A stretch of 64,000 nt of DNA, from positions 33,480,001 through 33,544,000 of the forward strand of contig OX597825.1 in assembly GCA_951406725.2 (NCBI GenBank). Direction: 5' to 3'. This stretch comes from Octopus vulgaris (taxonomy: Eukaryota). A model generated the notes under the pieces. That model was given only the letters and a program-made list of their open reading frames with translations, was not told the origin of the DNA and did no database searches. Within the stretch, counting starts at the first letter, position 1. Each line of letters starts with the position of its first letter. Shown here in pieces: positions 26,008 through 38,684 of this stretch. Position numbers and translations under genes: made by a program.

Positions 26008-26443
26008 ATGAGCAATCACATTGAAATTAAATCTGAGAGAAATATAAAAGGTTATCTTTGCAATTGTTCTAAACAGGAATCCTGTTATGTGGAATATAAG
26101 TGTAAAACTAAAAATGTAACATATAGATGTACAGTTACATCTGAAGGTAAGGAATCCGTTTACATTGGTGGGACATCATTAATTTTCAAGAGGAGATAAA
26201 AGGTTCCAAATGAGTCTTAGCAAATTGATCTGGTCTTGTAAGGACAGTAATAAGGACTTTATGATTAAATGGGAGTTAATTTGTACTGCAAAACCATACA
26301 GACCTGTAACCAATAGATATGATCTATGTTTAGAAGAATTTTACAGGATTTTCACATCCAAGAGTAATGTAATAAATTCTAGACAGGAGCAAGCATTGAG
26401 ATGATTGCACATGAGGAGATTCACATTTGCGAAGTATAAATGA
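26008..26443 (+). pseudogene. GIY-YIG endonuclease domain of the Penelope-like element (frameshifted; in-frame TGA at 26402-26404)
   Basis: ORFs 26008-26199 and 26210-26404; the frame continues as LHMRRFTFAKYK to a stop at 26441-26443. Confidence 0.85.
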
Positions 26444-26616
26444 ATAATTATCATTTAAACTACACGAGGTTTTGAAATGATGGACTGAAAATGATTATCT
26501 AATAAGAGCTTGAAATAGAAATTGTTCACGCCTGACTTAATGGACAACTCTCAATTATACAACACAGAGTTTAGAAAAGAAAATCATTAAATGGTGATAC
26601 TGAGGGATATCAAGTT

Positions 26617-26701
26617 AAGACCTTGAAGAGACTGCTCTGTTTTATAGTAGGATTGCAATTTCAATCATTACTAATTGGTGCAATTGAAATGTGTTGGTCT
26701 T
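26617..26701 (+). ncRNA. CpG-decayed type-I hammerhead ribozyme at the 3' end of the Penelope-like element
   Basis: AAGACC-tTGAAGA-g-actgc...gcaatt-GAAA-tgtgtt-GGTCTT; 6-bp stem I intact; restoring CpGs gives GAAACGCGTC. Confidence 0.75.
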
Positions 26702-27424
26702 TAAAGGCAGTGTATAATTATAGAATTAAAGGTAATGTTATTGCTACTTTGGAGTAATCCTTATTTTTAATAGTGTTAAAATATGTGTGTGCAACAGAAA
26801 CTGAAAGGAGCTTGTGTGTGTGTATATATATATATACATACATACACACACACACACAAAAGGCTTCTTTCAGTTTCGGTCTACCAAATCCCCTCACAAG
26901 GCTTTGGTCAGCCCAGGGCTATAATAGAAGTCACTTACTCTAGATGGCATGCTGTGGGACTGAACCCAAGACCATCTGGTTGCAAAGTAAGTTTCTTACT
27001 TACTGCACTCCATGCCTGCGCTTTGGTATAAATTTAAATAACTCGGGCTTTTTTAAAATTCTGTATTGCAGAAGTGAATCTGCTACTTCCATTTAAGAAT
27101 ATGTTTATTTTGGGAATTCTATTTCAGAAATCCATTTTGATTTCTGAGCACACATCAAAAATATTAGTTTGCGATTCATTTGAAATACTATCGTTAAAAA
27201 TATATCAATTTAATAGTGTTGGCGTAAACCCTTAAGCTCTTCATCATCTAAAAAAAAATTAAAATAAATAATAAAATGTTCCAACACTATAATTAATGGG
27301 TTTGTGACTTCTGAATTGCTTGATTGTTTTTCTTCTTCAATGAATATGAATTATTGAATGTTGAGTTGATTTAATGCTTAAAAAGTTCAGTAACAAATTA
27401 AAAAAGAATTTAAATATCTGATTT

Positions 27425-28220
27425 TGTGGTAAGAATTTTACTACCCAACCACATGGTTTCAGTTTCAGTTGCACTTTGTTGCACCTTGGGCAAGTATCTT
27501 CACTCTCACCCTGGGCTAACCTAGATTCGATTGATGGAAACTGAAAGAAACCTATCATATATACATATGTAAACATACACACACACACACACACACATAT
27601 ACTGTATGTGTTTGTATTTGTTTTCCAACACTGCTTGATAACTAGTGTTGGTTTGTTTACATCCCTATAACTTAGTGGCTCATCAAAAAGAGACCTATAG
27701 AATAAGTAGCAAACTTAGGGGAAAAAAAGTACTGAGTACTGGGGTCGATATGTTCACCACAACCCTTCAAGGCTGTGCTCCAGCATGGCCTTGGTTTAAT
27801 GAATGAAACAAGTAAAAGATAATGTTCAAATATAAAAATTAATTTGATATTCTTTTACTCTTACTTGTTTCAGTCATTTGACTGCGGCCATGCTGGAGCA
27901 CTGCTTTTAATCGAGCAAATCGACCCCAGGACTTATACTTTGTAAGCCTAGTACTTATTCTATCAGTCTCTTTTGCTGAACTGCTAAGTTACACACCAGC
28001 ATCAGTTGTCAAGCAATGTTGGGGGGAGGGGGGAACACAGGCACACACACACGCACACATATACACGACGGGCTTCTTTCAGTTTCCGTCTACCAAATCC
28101 ACTCACAAGGCTTTGGTTGGCCCAAGGCTATAGTAGAAGACACTTGCCCTAGGTGCCATGCAGTGGGATTGAACCTGGAACCATGTGGTTGGTACTTACC
28201 ACACAGCCACTCCTACGCCT
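27425..28220. mobile_element. tail-to-tail family-A SINE pair (+ 27425-27820, - 27855-28220)
   Basis: two near full-length copies in opposite orientation, about 35 bp apart. Confidence 0.85.
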
Positions 28221-28961
28221 ATTGTATTTGTTTTATATTTGCTTGTTGCACTGGTTTATATTTTACAATTTATTTATGAAGCTTGTATAACTCATTCTTC
28301 TGTGTTAACTCACTTAAGCACAAACACTTCAGTGGCCTTTGTTTTTAGCACATATTGAACAGTGTTGTTGTTTAGCTCTCAATCAGACCTGACCCAGCAA
28401 AACTTGGCTAAAATGCATTGTTAGAAAGTATTGTGTATCCTAGGACTGCATTAATCAAGATGGTATGAAGGTGTGAAGAGAAAATTTAGATGCTATTTCT
28501 AGCAGCCACAGAAACTGTATTGGTAGAAAATTTTCTTTTAATTGACTTTTTTTCTTTTACTTGTTTTTGTCCCTGGACTTGCCTAAAGTATATTTCTGTA
28601 GGACTGAACCTAAGACCACATGGGTGGGAAGCAAGCTTCTTAGTCACACAGTCACACTTGTGCTTGTGTGTGTGTGTGTGTGTGAGTATAAGTAAATGTA
28701 GGGGATAAGCAAGTTAGACAGATCAATATACAAAGTATATTAAATACATGAAATACAAAAAATGTATATATGTATAGATACAAAAAGGCCCGGCTTATAC
28801 AGAATATAAATAATATAGGGAATTAAAGAGGGTGAAGAAAAGTTTTACAAATGCAACAGCTGTTTCTGGGATCTCAGTGGCCCAAAATAATATTTGTAGA
28901 TTCATTTCATCATAGGATCAGACGAGCCTCCATCTTCAGGGGGAGAAACTGTAAGATCTCC

Positions 28962-29006
<45 letters not shown>

Positions 29007-29979
29007 GTGGTGTGTGTTGTGTATTTGTGTCTGTGTTTGTCCCTCACCACCACTTGACATTCGGTGTGGATGTGTTCACATCCTTGTAACTTAGCGGTTC
29101 AGAAAAAGTGACTGATAGAATAAGTACCAGACTTAGCAATAAAATAAGTACTGGAGTTGATTCATTCAACTAAATTCCTTCAAGGTAGTGCTCCAACATG
29201 GCTGCAGTCTAATGACTGAAACAAGTAAAAGATAAAAAATACATCATTTGCTACATACTTACCTTATTAAATTAAGAGATAAAATATGAAAATCAGGCAA
29301 ATAATAGTTGCTGTTTTTCTCTTCTTGATACATCTCATGTAGTAGTTCGATAAAATTAACATTTGCATTTTGATATATATTTGAGACTAATTTCTCCACC
29401 TTTGTTTGTTGATGGTGGTGGCAGTTTAGATTTTGAAATTGTGACTCAATTAGTAATTTGTCTATTTATTTACTTTCTACCCTCATTTACAGAATGCTGA
29501 GATTTACTTAATTTCATCATGTTCCTAATATTGAAATAGTTTGCATTTAGCTGATGAAACAAGTATGTATGGTCTCTCCTATCAGACTGAATCATTAAAA
29601 AGAAGAAAAAAAATGGTGGGTGGGGAAACAGTATAAGTGACTGGATATTCACCACCAAATAGCAAACAGTAAAATATACATGAAATGAAAACTATAGCAA
29701 AATAAAAACCAAAAAAAAAACAAAAACAAAAGCTTTATGTCATTTAAATACTGAAGGGACTTCTATTGTGTATACGTGCATGTGTATATACACAGATGGT
29801 TTCACACACTTTGTGATAAGACACCATAATTAGTTGTAGCGAGGTAATTTTTAATTGAAGGTACTCAGCCAATTTTCATATAAATCAAGAACTATTTGGT
29901 GTTTTCTATAGAGTGAAAGAACAGATTGGAAAAGTTAATTTTTGATTACATGATAAGAAGGAAATGTACAGGATTATAC

Positions 29980-30170
29980 CTATTTCTTTATTACCCACAA
30001 GGGGCTAAACACAGAGGGGACAAACAAGGACAGACATAGGTATTAAGTCGATTACATCGACCCCAGTGCGTAAATGGTACTTAATTTATCGACCCCGAAA
30101 GGATGAAAGGCAAAGTCAACCTCAGTGGAATTTGAACTCAGAACGTAACGGCAGACGGAATAACGGCAGT
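29980..30170 (-). mobile_element. young family-B SINE
   Basis: cccacaaggggctaaac...atcgaccccgaaaggatgaaaggcaaagtc; CpGs retained. Confidence 0.85.
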
Positions 30171-30324
30171 ACCATGTAGCAACTTAATAGAATCTATCTA
30201 TCTGTCTGTCTATTCTCTCTGACTAGTCTGTCTGTCTATCTCTGTATATATACATACACACTCACACACACTTCTGTGTATATGCTGCAAATGTGGTACC
30301 TTTTCAAGGCACAACTTAATATAG

Positions 30325-30640
30325 CGATAAACGTCGCCCATTTCAAGCCCAGCCAGGCTCATGGGCCCGGTTTCCCAGTTTCCATGGCGTATGTGTTCTC
30401 CCCAGCTGGACGGGATGCCAGTCCATCACAGCATTACTCAAGAAACAGGAAGAGAGAGTGAGAGAAAGTTGTGGTGAAAGAGTACAACAGGGGTTGCCAC
30501 CACCCCCTGCTGGAGCCTCGTGGAGCTTTTTTAGGTGTTTTTGCTCAATAAACACACAGCGCCCGGTCTGGGAATTGAAACCGCGATCCTCCAACCCCAA
30601 GTCCGCTGCCCTAACCACTGGGCCATTGCACCTCCACACA
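30325..30640 (-). mobile_element. tRNA-derived V-SINE-like element
   Basis: minus strand has tggcccagtggttagggc (A box), gtttcaattcc (B-box-like) and gatggactggcatcccgtccag, resembling the V central domain. Confidence 0.7.
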
Positions 30641-30966
30641 ACTTAATATATCTTGATGCAAATACCAATGTGTGTGGGTGTGGGTATAAATGACAAGATA
30701 TGCAACATTTAAGAAATTCTGCTATACATTTCAAATATAACGTACATGTTGAAAAATTGAGAAATTGATTTTACAAAAATAAAATCTGATTAAAGGAAAT
30801 TTTATTAGATTTCAAGTTAGTTTTGTTATATTAATCATGTATGCTATTGTCATAGCAGTGAGCGTTTCCTTTTATTGTTAAGTACTCATAAAGCACTTTT
30901 GTTAATATAATATATATTCCTCAAGATGGGCGTAACAGAATGTGCTACTGCAGACATATTTGTCTT

Positions 30967-31005
<39 letters not shown>

Positions 31006-31117
31006 CACACACATACATACATAATATTTACATACATTAAGCACTATTTGTTTACTTTTTATATGCACACACACACATGTATATACATTTATATGTATAT
31101 ATATATGTGTATCTGTG

Positions 31118-32503
31118 TGGAAGCTCCTCTATGCTGATGACCTTGCTCTCATAGCAGAATCACTACCAGAACTAAAGAAGAAATTTCAGGTGTGGAAGCA
31201 AGGTTTGGAATAGAAGAGCCTTAGAGTCAGTGTTGCAAAAACCAAACTATGGTTGCAAAAGAGGTACAGCAACATCAAAGGAAGGATAACCGGAAAGATA
31301 GCTTTTGTGTGCAGCAGATGCACAGGGGCAATAGACACTGCAGATGCTCAGAAAACTGATTCCATCATATGCCGGGGGGAGAAACTAGAAGTAGTTGATA
31401 GCTTCTTCTACCTGGGTGACCAAGTCTGCAGTGGGGGTGGATGCACGGAGAGCTTGAGCAAAGTTAAGAAAGCTCCTACTTCTACTGGTGACAAAGGGCC
31501 TCTCGCTCAGAATAAAAGGTAGATTGTATGATGCATGTGTGTGAACTGCAATGCTACACGGCAGTGAAACATGGGGTGTGACTGCTGGAGATGTGTGTAA
31601 GCTCGAAAGAAATGAAGCTAGTATGATCCGCTAAATGTGTAATGTCAGTGTGCACACACGACAGAATGTAAGTGCCCTGAGAGAAATGTTAGACACAAGA
31701 AGTATCAGATGTGACATGCAAGACAGATGACTGCGATGGTATGGTCATGTGCTGCATATGGATGAGGAGAGCTGTGTGAAGACGTGTCACTCCCTAACAG
31801 TGGAAGGAACCCATGGAAGAGGGAGACCCAGGAAGACATAGGATGAGGTGATGAAGCATGACATTCGAACATTGGGCCTCACAGAGGCAATGACGAAAAA
31901 CTGAGACCTCTGGAAATATGCTGTGACTGAGAAGACCTGGCATGTAAAGTTAAGTGAGATCACAGTCATAGCCTACATCAGTGTCACATAACCAGCCCAC
32001 TTGCCCACTTAGAAAAGTATCTTTGGATCATTGGGCGACATGCTGTGCTTGAGGAGACCTATTGAGTCAAGTAAATCAAAATCAAATGGAAATTGTAGTT
32101 GTGGCTGATGCCAGTGCTGCATGACTGACTCCCATGCTGGTGGCACACAATAAGCACCATTCATGTGTGGGTCGTTGCCTGTACCATCTGACTGGCTCCC
32201 CGTGCCATTGTCATGTGAAAAGCATCATCTGAACGTGGTCAATGCCAGTCCCCTTGTCCTGACTGGCACCTGTGCCTGTGACATGTAAAAAGCACCATCT
32301 GAATATGGCCGATATCAGTGCCGGTGGCACGTAAAAAGCAACAACTACACTCTCAAAGTGGTTGGTGTTAGGTAGGGCATCCAGCTGTCGAAACATTGCC
32401 AGATTAGATTGGAGCCTGGTGCAGCCTCCTGGCTTGCCGGTCCCCAGTCAAACCATCCAACTCATGCCAGCATGGAAAACAGACGTTAAATGATGATGAT
32501 GAT
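31118..32503 (+). mobile_element. 5'-truncated RTE-clade LINE (pseudogenic RT C-terminal half, 3' UTR, (GAT)n tail)
   Basis: LLYADDLALIAES; LEVVDSFFYLGD; LYDACV*TAMLHGSETW; LRWYGHVLHM; GRGRPRKT*; multiple stops and deletions. Confidence 0.92.
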
Positions 32504-32597
32504 ATACAAAATATATAATTAGATATATTTTATATATTTTGTATTAATTTTTACCTATATGCTGGCTGCTTCATTAAATCTTTATCCTTGATTATAA

Positions 32598-32638
<41 letters not shown>

Positions 32639-35064
32639 CAGTCACTCATACATACACACACACACTCATACATACACACACACACAGATATATACATATA
32701 CTCACACGTATGTTTATAGGTGTGTATATAAATATGTATATATGTGTATATGTTTATATGTGTGTATATGAATATGTATATATATATATATGTATATATG
32801 AATATATAAAGCTCCTATTACAATCTCAGAGTGGTTGGCATTAGGAAGGGCATCCAACCATAGAAAACCATGCCAAATCAGACTGGAGTCTGGTGCAGCC
32901 TTCCAGCATGCCAGCCCAGTCAAATCGTCCAACCATCATCACTTACAATTATATATGTATATTTTGATAATAGAAATAGTTTTTAAATTACAAAATGAAC
33001 AAATCTTCTTTCTTGTCTTTGCTTTTAGAATAAGATGCAATTTTTATTTACTGTCTTCTATTTGAACTTATATTTTTAACCCAAACATCTAATGTTGTTT
33101 ACTCCCATGCTTCACAGTATATAATGAGCAAATTATGAGAAAATTTTTTTCTTAACATTTTGGATATTGTATAGAAATCTTTCTTTTGACATGAGGTGTG
33201 AACTAGGTGCAGTATCAAATGTTTTTCTGTGAAAATTGATCATGATCGATATTGCATTTTCATGTAATAAATATCGTCATTATTATTTAATGTCTGGCTT
33301 TCATGCTGTTTGTGTGTATGTATAACTATTTATGTGTACACACACATACACTGAAGAAGTCATGTATCTTTCAGTAAGACACCTGTTCCTGTCCCTCTAC
33401 TTTAAAGCTCTCAATATTTGGCTTAAAGCCAACCTCAATGCTTTACCCTTACTCAGTTGAGGTGTCTTGTCCTTTGGGTATTTGGTGACCTTACTATTGC
33501 GCATAAAAAAAAAACAAAAACATATCCAGTGCACTCTATAAAGTGGTTGGCATTAGAAAGAACAGCCAACCTCAGAAACCTTGGTGAAACAGAAACTGAA
33601 GCTTGGTATAGCCTGTGGCTAGTCATTTCCTGTTAAACTTTCTAACCCATGCCAACATAGAAAATAGATGTTAAACGATGATGCTGATATGGAAGACATT
33701 TTAAGCACTCGTCTATGACAGTAAGAGATGGTAGGCAATCTTTGATGTAATTGATAATGCTTGGAATTAAACAAATATAAGGTTCAATTCCCATTGAACA
33801 ACTTATTCAATTTTTGTTCTAGAATTAGTTCTTATAATGTCATTCATATCATTTATAATTAAATCTTAGCCATTAACGTATACTCATATATGTGCATAAA
33901 TGCATATGTTCATGTATGCGTGCATTTTGTATAAATATGTAGTCTTGTATAAAGAATTAAATGAATAATGTTGGCTGTTGCAAGTGAAGTTAACCAAAGA
34001 TTAAAATGACTTTTTAATAACAAAGCTAAGATGATGATGATGATAATGGTAGTGGTGGTGGTGGTGCCAGGGGCAGCAGCAAAGCTACCCACCTACCCAC
34101 TCTGATGCACACTCAAATATTACATAAATGTGAAACAGTTTCTCTGCCTACCATTGTTACATGTTAAAAACCATAGTGGATTTTTTTTTCTTTTGATGTT
34201 AGCATTTATCCTGTTTTTGTGCAAAGACTATTCTGTTTTTTTGCTTTTTTATTTTTGTATTGTAAAACCATAATGGAGAAATTTCTAAAATTTGTTAAAG
34301 TTGTGACTTTTAACACGGTATTGTTCAAAGAGTGGCTGCTGTACGTTTTCAAGTGTTTCAAATTTACACAGTGTACAATGTATAGTACCAGCTATTGAAA
34401 CTGTTCACCAGTATATCCCAAAATGTTCAGCACTTATTGCTGAGTCCTTAATCTCTAAGATTTGCCATATGAGATGCACTTTTCTTTTTCCAAAAAATCG
34501 TACCGAGAAATCATCCTGGGTCCTTTATTTGAAGCTGGGTCTCCTGTAAGCTTTAATACTTAAAAAACATTTCTTTCTAAATATGCACTGCTGAAATAGG
34601 AGTATATTTATAGGAGGCCAGTGTGTCTTTTATACAATCAAATACAGCACTTCCATATTCAATTGTGTGTTTTCACCTTCCTGGTTTTAATGCACCTCAA
34701 GCACTGTTCTTGTCTGGAGCCATCTGTTGTTAAAAATACTACAAGACTAACAGATGTCAATAGTCTTGCAGGAGGCTATAACTTTTATGAATTCTTATCT
34801 GGTAAAGTCACGCAATTTGGTTATGTAATGTGGGCATAATTTCTCCACTCAATTTAAGTTTCTGCAATCTTCCTGTGTTGCATGGCTGTTATGCATGGAG
34901 GTCAATGTGCTATCAGAATTGGGACAACATTAGACAGTGCCTTCTGGTATTTAGTGGCATCATTTTACATTCTATGTTCCATATCTTCCAAGGTTGGCAT
35001 TGCCTTTCATCCTTCCAAAAACCTTCTCCAAAAATTGGTCTGGATGTTTAAATGATATTTGTTA

Positions 35065-35295
35065 TTTTTTTACTGCCCACAAGGGGCTACACACAGAGGG
35101 GACACACAAGGACAGACAAACGGATTAAGTTGATTATATTGACCCCAGTGCGTAACTGGTACTTATTTAATCGACCCCGAAAGGATGAAAAGCAAAGTTG
35201 ACCTCAGCGGAATTTGAACTCAGAACGTAGCGGCAGAAAATACCGATAAGCATTTTGCCTGGCGGGCTAACGTTTCTGCCAGCTCGCTGCCTTAA
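35065..35295 (-). mobile_element. family-B SINE, near full length
   Basis: matches 29980-30170 and 43375-43607; head aaggcagcgagctggcagaaacgttagc on the minus strand. Confidence 0.9.
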
Positions 35296-35301
35296 ATGAT
35301 A

Positions 35302-35343
<42 letters not shown>

Positions 35344-38199
35344 ACATGGTAAGAAGTTTCTTTCCTAACCACAGGATTCTGGGTTCACTCTCACTGCATA
35401 GCACTTTAAGCAAATATCTTCAACTATTGCTCCAAGTTGACAAAAGCCTTGTAAGTAGATTTGGTAGATGGGAACTGAAAGAAGCCTGTTGTATGTGTAC
35501 GTGTGTGTGCATGTGCGCTCCTTGACCTAACATGATAGTTTTAAAGTGAGTGTCACAATCATACAAGTTATGATATTCACTTCTAGTATTGTGTGCAAAT
35601 ATGTCTGGTCACGAAGAAATATTACCTTACTTGGAAACAGATGTGGGGTTTGATAGTAGGAGGGTATCTGACCATTTGACAATCTGTCTCAATAAACTGC
35701 GTTTGATCCATGTGGACATTAAAAACAGCGATGATGATCATGATATGTATACACACATGCACACACACACACACACACACACACCCTTCTTATTATACTC
35801 ACACAACACTGTCATTATCACCTGTGCCTTTTACTCCTATATGCTGGCAACGTTATACACACACTCAGAGACAGGCAGATGGACACTGCTTTGAGAAACC
35901 AAAATGCTTGTAATAGGGATGGAAGGATTACATGTAACTTCTAGATTGATAAAAGCATACTACGGAGACAAACTGGTCCTCTATCTTATCATCATTGAAA
36001 TAATCAATCAGTGCTGACTTGGGTGCTAAAAACAATTAATGGAATACACAGCAGATGCCCAGATTTCACTATTCATTGATTTTGCCTTTCATCCTTTCGA
36101 GGTCGATAAAATAAGTACCAGTTAAATACTGGGGCTGATGTAATCAACTATCCCACTTCCTCAAATTTCAGGCCTCGTGCCTATAGTAGAAAGGATATTT
36201 ATAATAATATACAGTTCTATTACCTATTGAATAGTTCTATTTCCGATTGTCACCAAGTATCTTTACTTTTGAATATGTGCATTCTAGATTCAAACTAGGA
36301 ACTTTTATCTCTAAACTAAGAATAGTTGTGCACTTACATAATAATCTGTAACTTTGTAGATAAGGACTTTTTGGTTGAAATCCCATCAGGGACTGTGTAC
36401 TTATCCAAAAATAAGAAACCCTACTGATAAACACAAAATTGAATCAATCAAGATGTAGTGAATACACATTCTATGAGATTAATAATATAGTAAATTGCTA
36501 TCTTATTAAATAACTCTTATTTCAAATCCAGTTAGAAAACACCTGATTATGATTAAATTGTGACTAGAGATCAAACCAACTGAAGTATCGTAAATTAAAC
36601 ATTGTAAATATATACTCTGAATAAGAGGTTGATAGTTTGGAAAATGATAATTATATTAACAACTTTATCTCAAACATTAAATATTACTTGAATGATTGTT
36701 TAAGATGTAATTATTCATTCAACTGAGGAAGTAATTCAGAATCTATTTAAACCACATGATAGAATTTATAGGACAAGAGAAAGGATCTTTCTAGAAAACT
36801 CTACAGAAATTGTTGTGTAATAACAGTTGTTATTAATGAAATGAAAAACTATTTGATTGCAGACATTGAAGAAAGTAACTTGTTCAGTTCTGTGATAATG
36901 GTATAAGATAGATTCTTCCATAAATGGAATTCCAGGAAATTACATCTAGCACAGATGATCTAAAGGTCTTTTTATATAGAATATGTAATGAAATAGGACA
37001 CATCTAGGAGACAAATATTAGTTAGTATCTCAGAGTTAGACTGTACAGTATATCTTCATTTCCTGAACTGGGATTTATATAGAATCTACATTAAGTTCTC
37101 CTACATTAAAATGTACAAAACAAAAAAATAAGTGGAAAAACTAAATGCAATAATTTGTAATGTCATTAGAAACGTGAAACATTGATATATTCAAATATTT
37201 TCAGAACACAGGTATTTATCGCAATATATAGAGAAATGAAGAAAGAATACTTGATATATAAAGTAAAAATAATATTTACAAGTTCGGCTTTTATGTCATT
37301 ACTGCAAGTGTTATATTATTGCTTTTCAATTGGATTGTGGAAATCTCAATTTTTAATTGTATACACACACACAGACACACACACACATGCAATCATGGTA
37401 AAAATATATAAAAAAAAACAGCTTGAAGAAACTAGTAGTGTATGTTGGCCAAAAAATTGTAGAATCAATCTCATGGGTTTTGGAAGTAGTTTTTCTCTTT
37501 CAGATGAAACATCAGTCCCATAACAGCAGATCTCTCTTTTCTCCATGGCATGCAAACTTTTCCAAACTCTCAAATTTACTCTCATCCACTTCTCTTTCTC
37601 TCTCTCTAGATGTATGTATATACATACATATGTAGGTATATATATTCATGTTAATATATTCAGAAAGTGTTTGGCTGCTGTTCATAGATAAACCATGCAT
37701 AAAAGATCTCTAAGAATGTTGTTCATAATGTTGCTGGCTAGCTGAACATTCTCTTCTGTTCTTACTGATATTGGGCAACCAGAACAAGCTGCATCATTAA
37801 CTGAACTGGGATACTTTCCTCACGTGCTAAATAATATATCAATTATTCTCTGAGTTGGCAGATGACTTCTGAACTTTCCTCCATCATCCTTAGATTTAAA
37901 TTAGATATTGAAGTAAGATATTTCTGTATCACAAACCACACATGTTCTCAAGTGTTGCAATGCACTTAACTCATATTTCTAAATTGAAAATACGTGTAGA
38001 TAAATTTTATTTGTATAGGTTTACTTTAAAGGAAATTTCATTAACTATTACAATTCAACTTAATTCAACTCATGACAGTCCCTGTGTGCATATTTTTACA
38101 CACACATGAACGCACGTATGTGCAAATCCAAAGATTTCAGTGTAGATAAACTGAAGAAAAAAAAAAGAGAGACTACCAAAGAGTGAAATATATTAATAA

Positions 38200-38542
38200 C
38201 AGTTTGACACAGCTCCATATGACTTAGTTTCATGGGTGCATAGGACAGGCCCATCTCATCAGATATGAAGAGAAGAATAAAGGGTTTGAGACAAACGGCT
38301 TGTAGATGTTTGGCCTTCATTGGTCACTCAGGCCATGTGGTGTTAATGGTGTGTAAGAAAAGAATTGTTGTTGCTTCCCACAGCTTTAACACCATGTAAC
38401 CTAAGTTGACCAACAGAGGCCTAACATCTAGAAGCCATCTTGAATATATCTCAAACCCATTATTCTTCTCCTGATGTGTGATAAGATGGGCCTGTCCAGT
38501 CTGCCCATGAAACTTTTTGTCATATGGAGCTGTGTCAAACTG
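38200..38542. repeat. long imperfect inverted repeat (fold-back, MITE-like), arms about 155 bp
   Basis: cagtttgacacagctccatatgac / gtcatatggagctgtgtcaaactg (24 bp perfect), plus ggacaggcccatct/agatgggcctgtcc and gggtttgaga/tctcaaaccc. Confidence 0.9.
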
Positions 38543-38684
38543 CTTTCAATGGTTTTTCTGTTTTATTGCTCAGATACAATTTAAAATTTGTAAATATGAC
38601 ATTCATACTCAACATTTGATGTTACAGTTTAATAAACATATTTTGACATTCTACTTTCAGTATTTAGTATTCTCTTTCTTTTCT

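Larger units (their letters stand above)
24765..26780 (+). mobile_element. 5'-truncated, decayed Penelope-like retroelement (Naiad-type RT thumb, linker and GIY-YIG endonuclease)
   Basis: PFHKPNESTKYINTGSNHPKSV (RT C-terminus); LWLIVPF...FPRNHKYYKIFNRHKIRLGY...HN; CxCx5Cx5C then VTY...VYIGGT...FKRR (GIY-YIG); LSKLIW...IKWE...LCLEE...INSRQE; 3' hammerhead relic. Confidence 0.9.
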
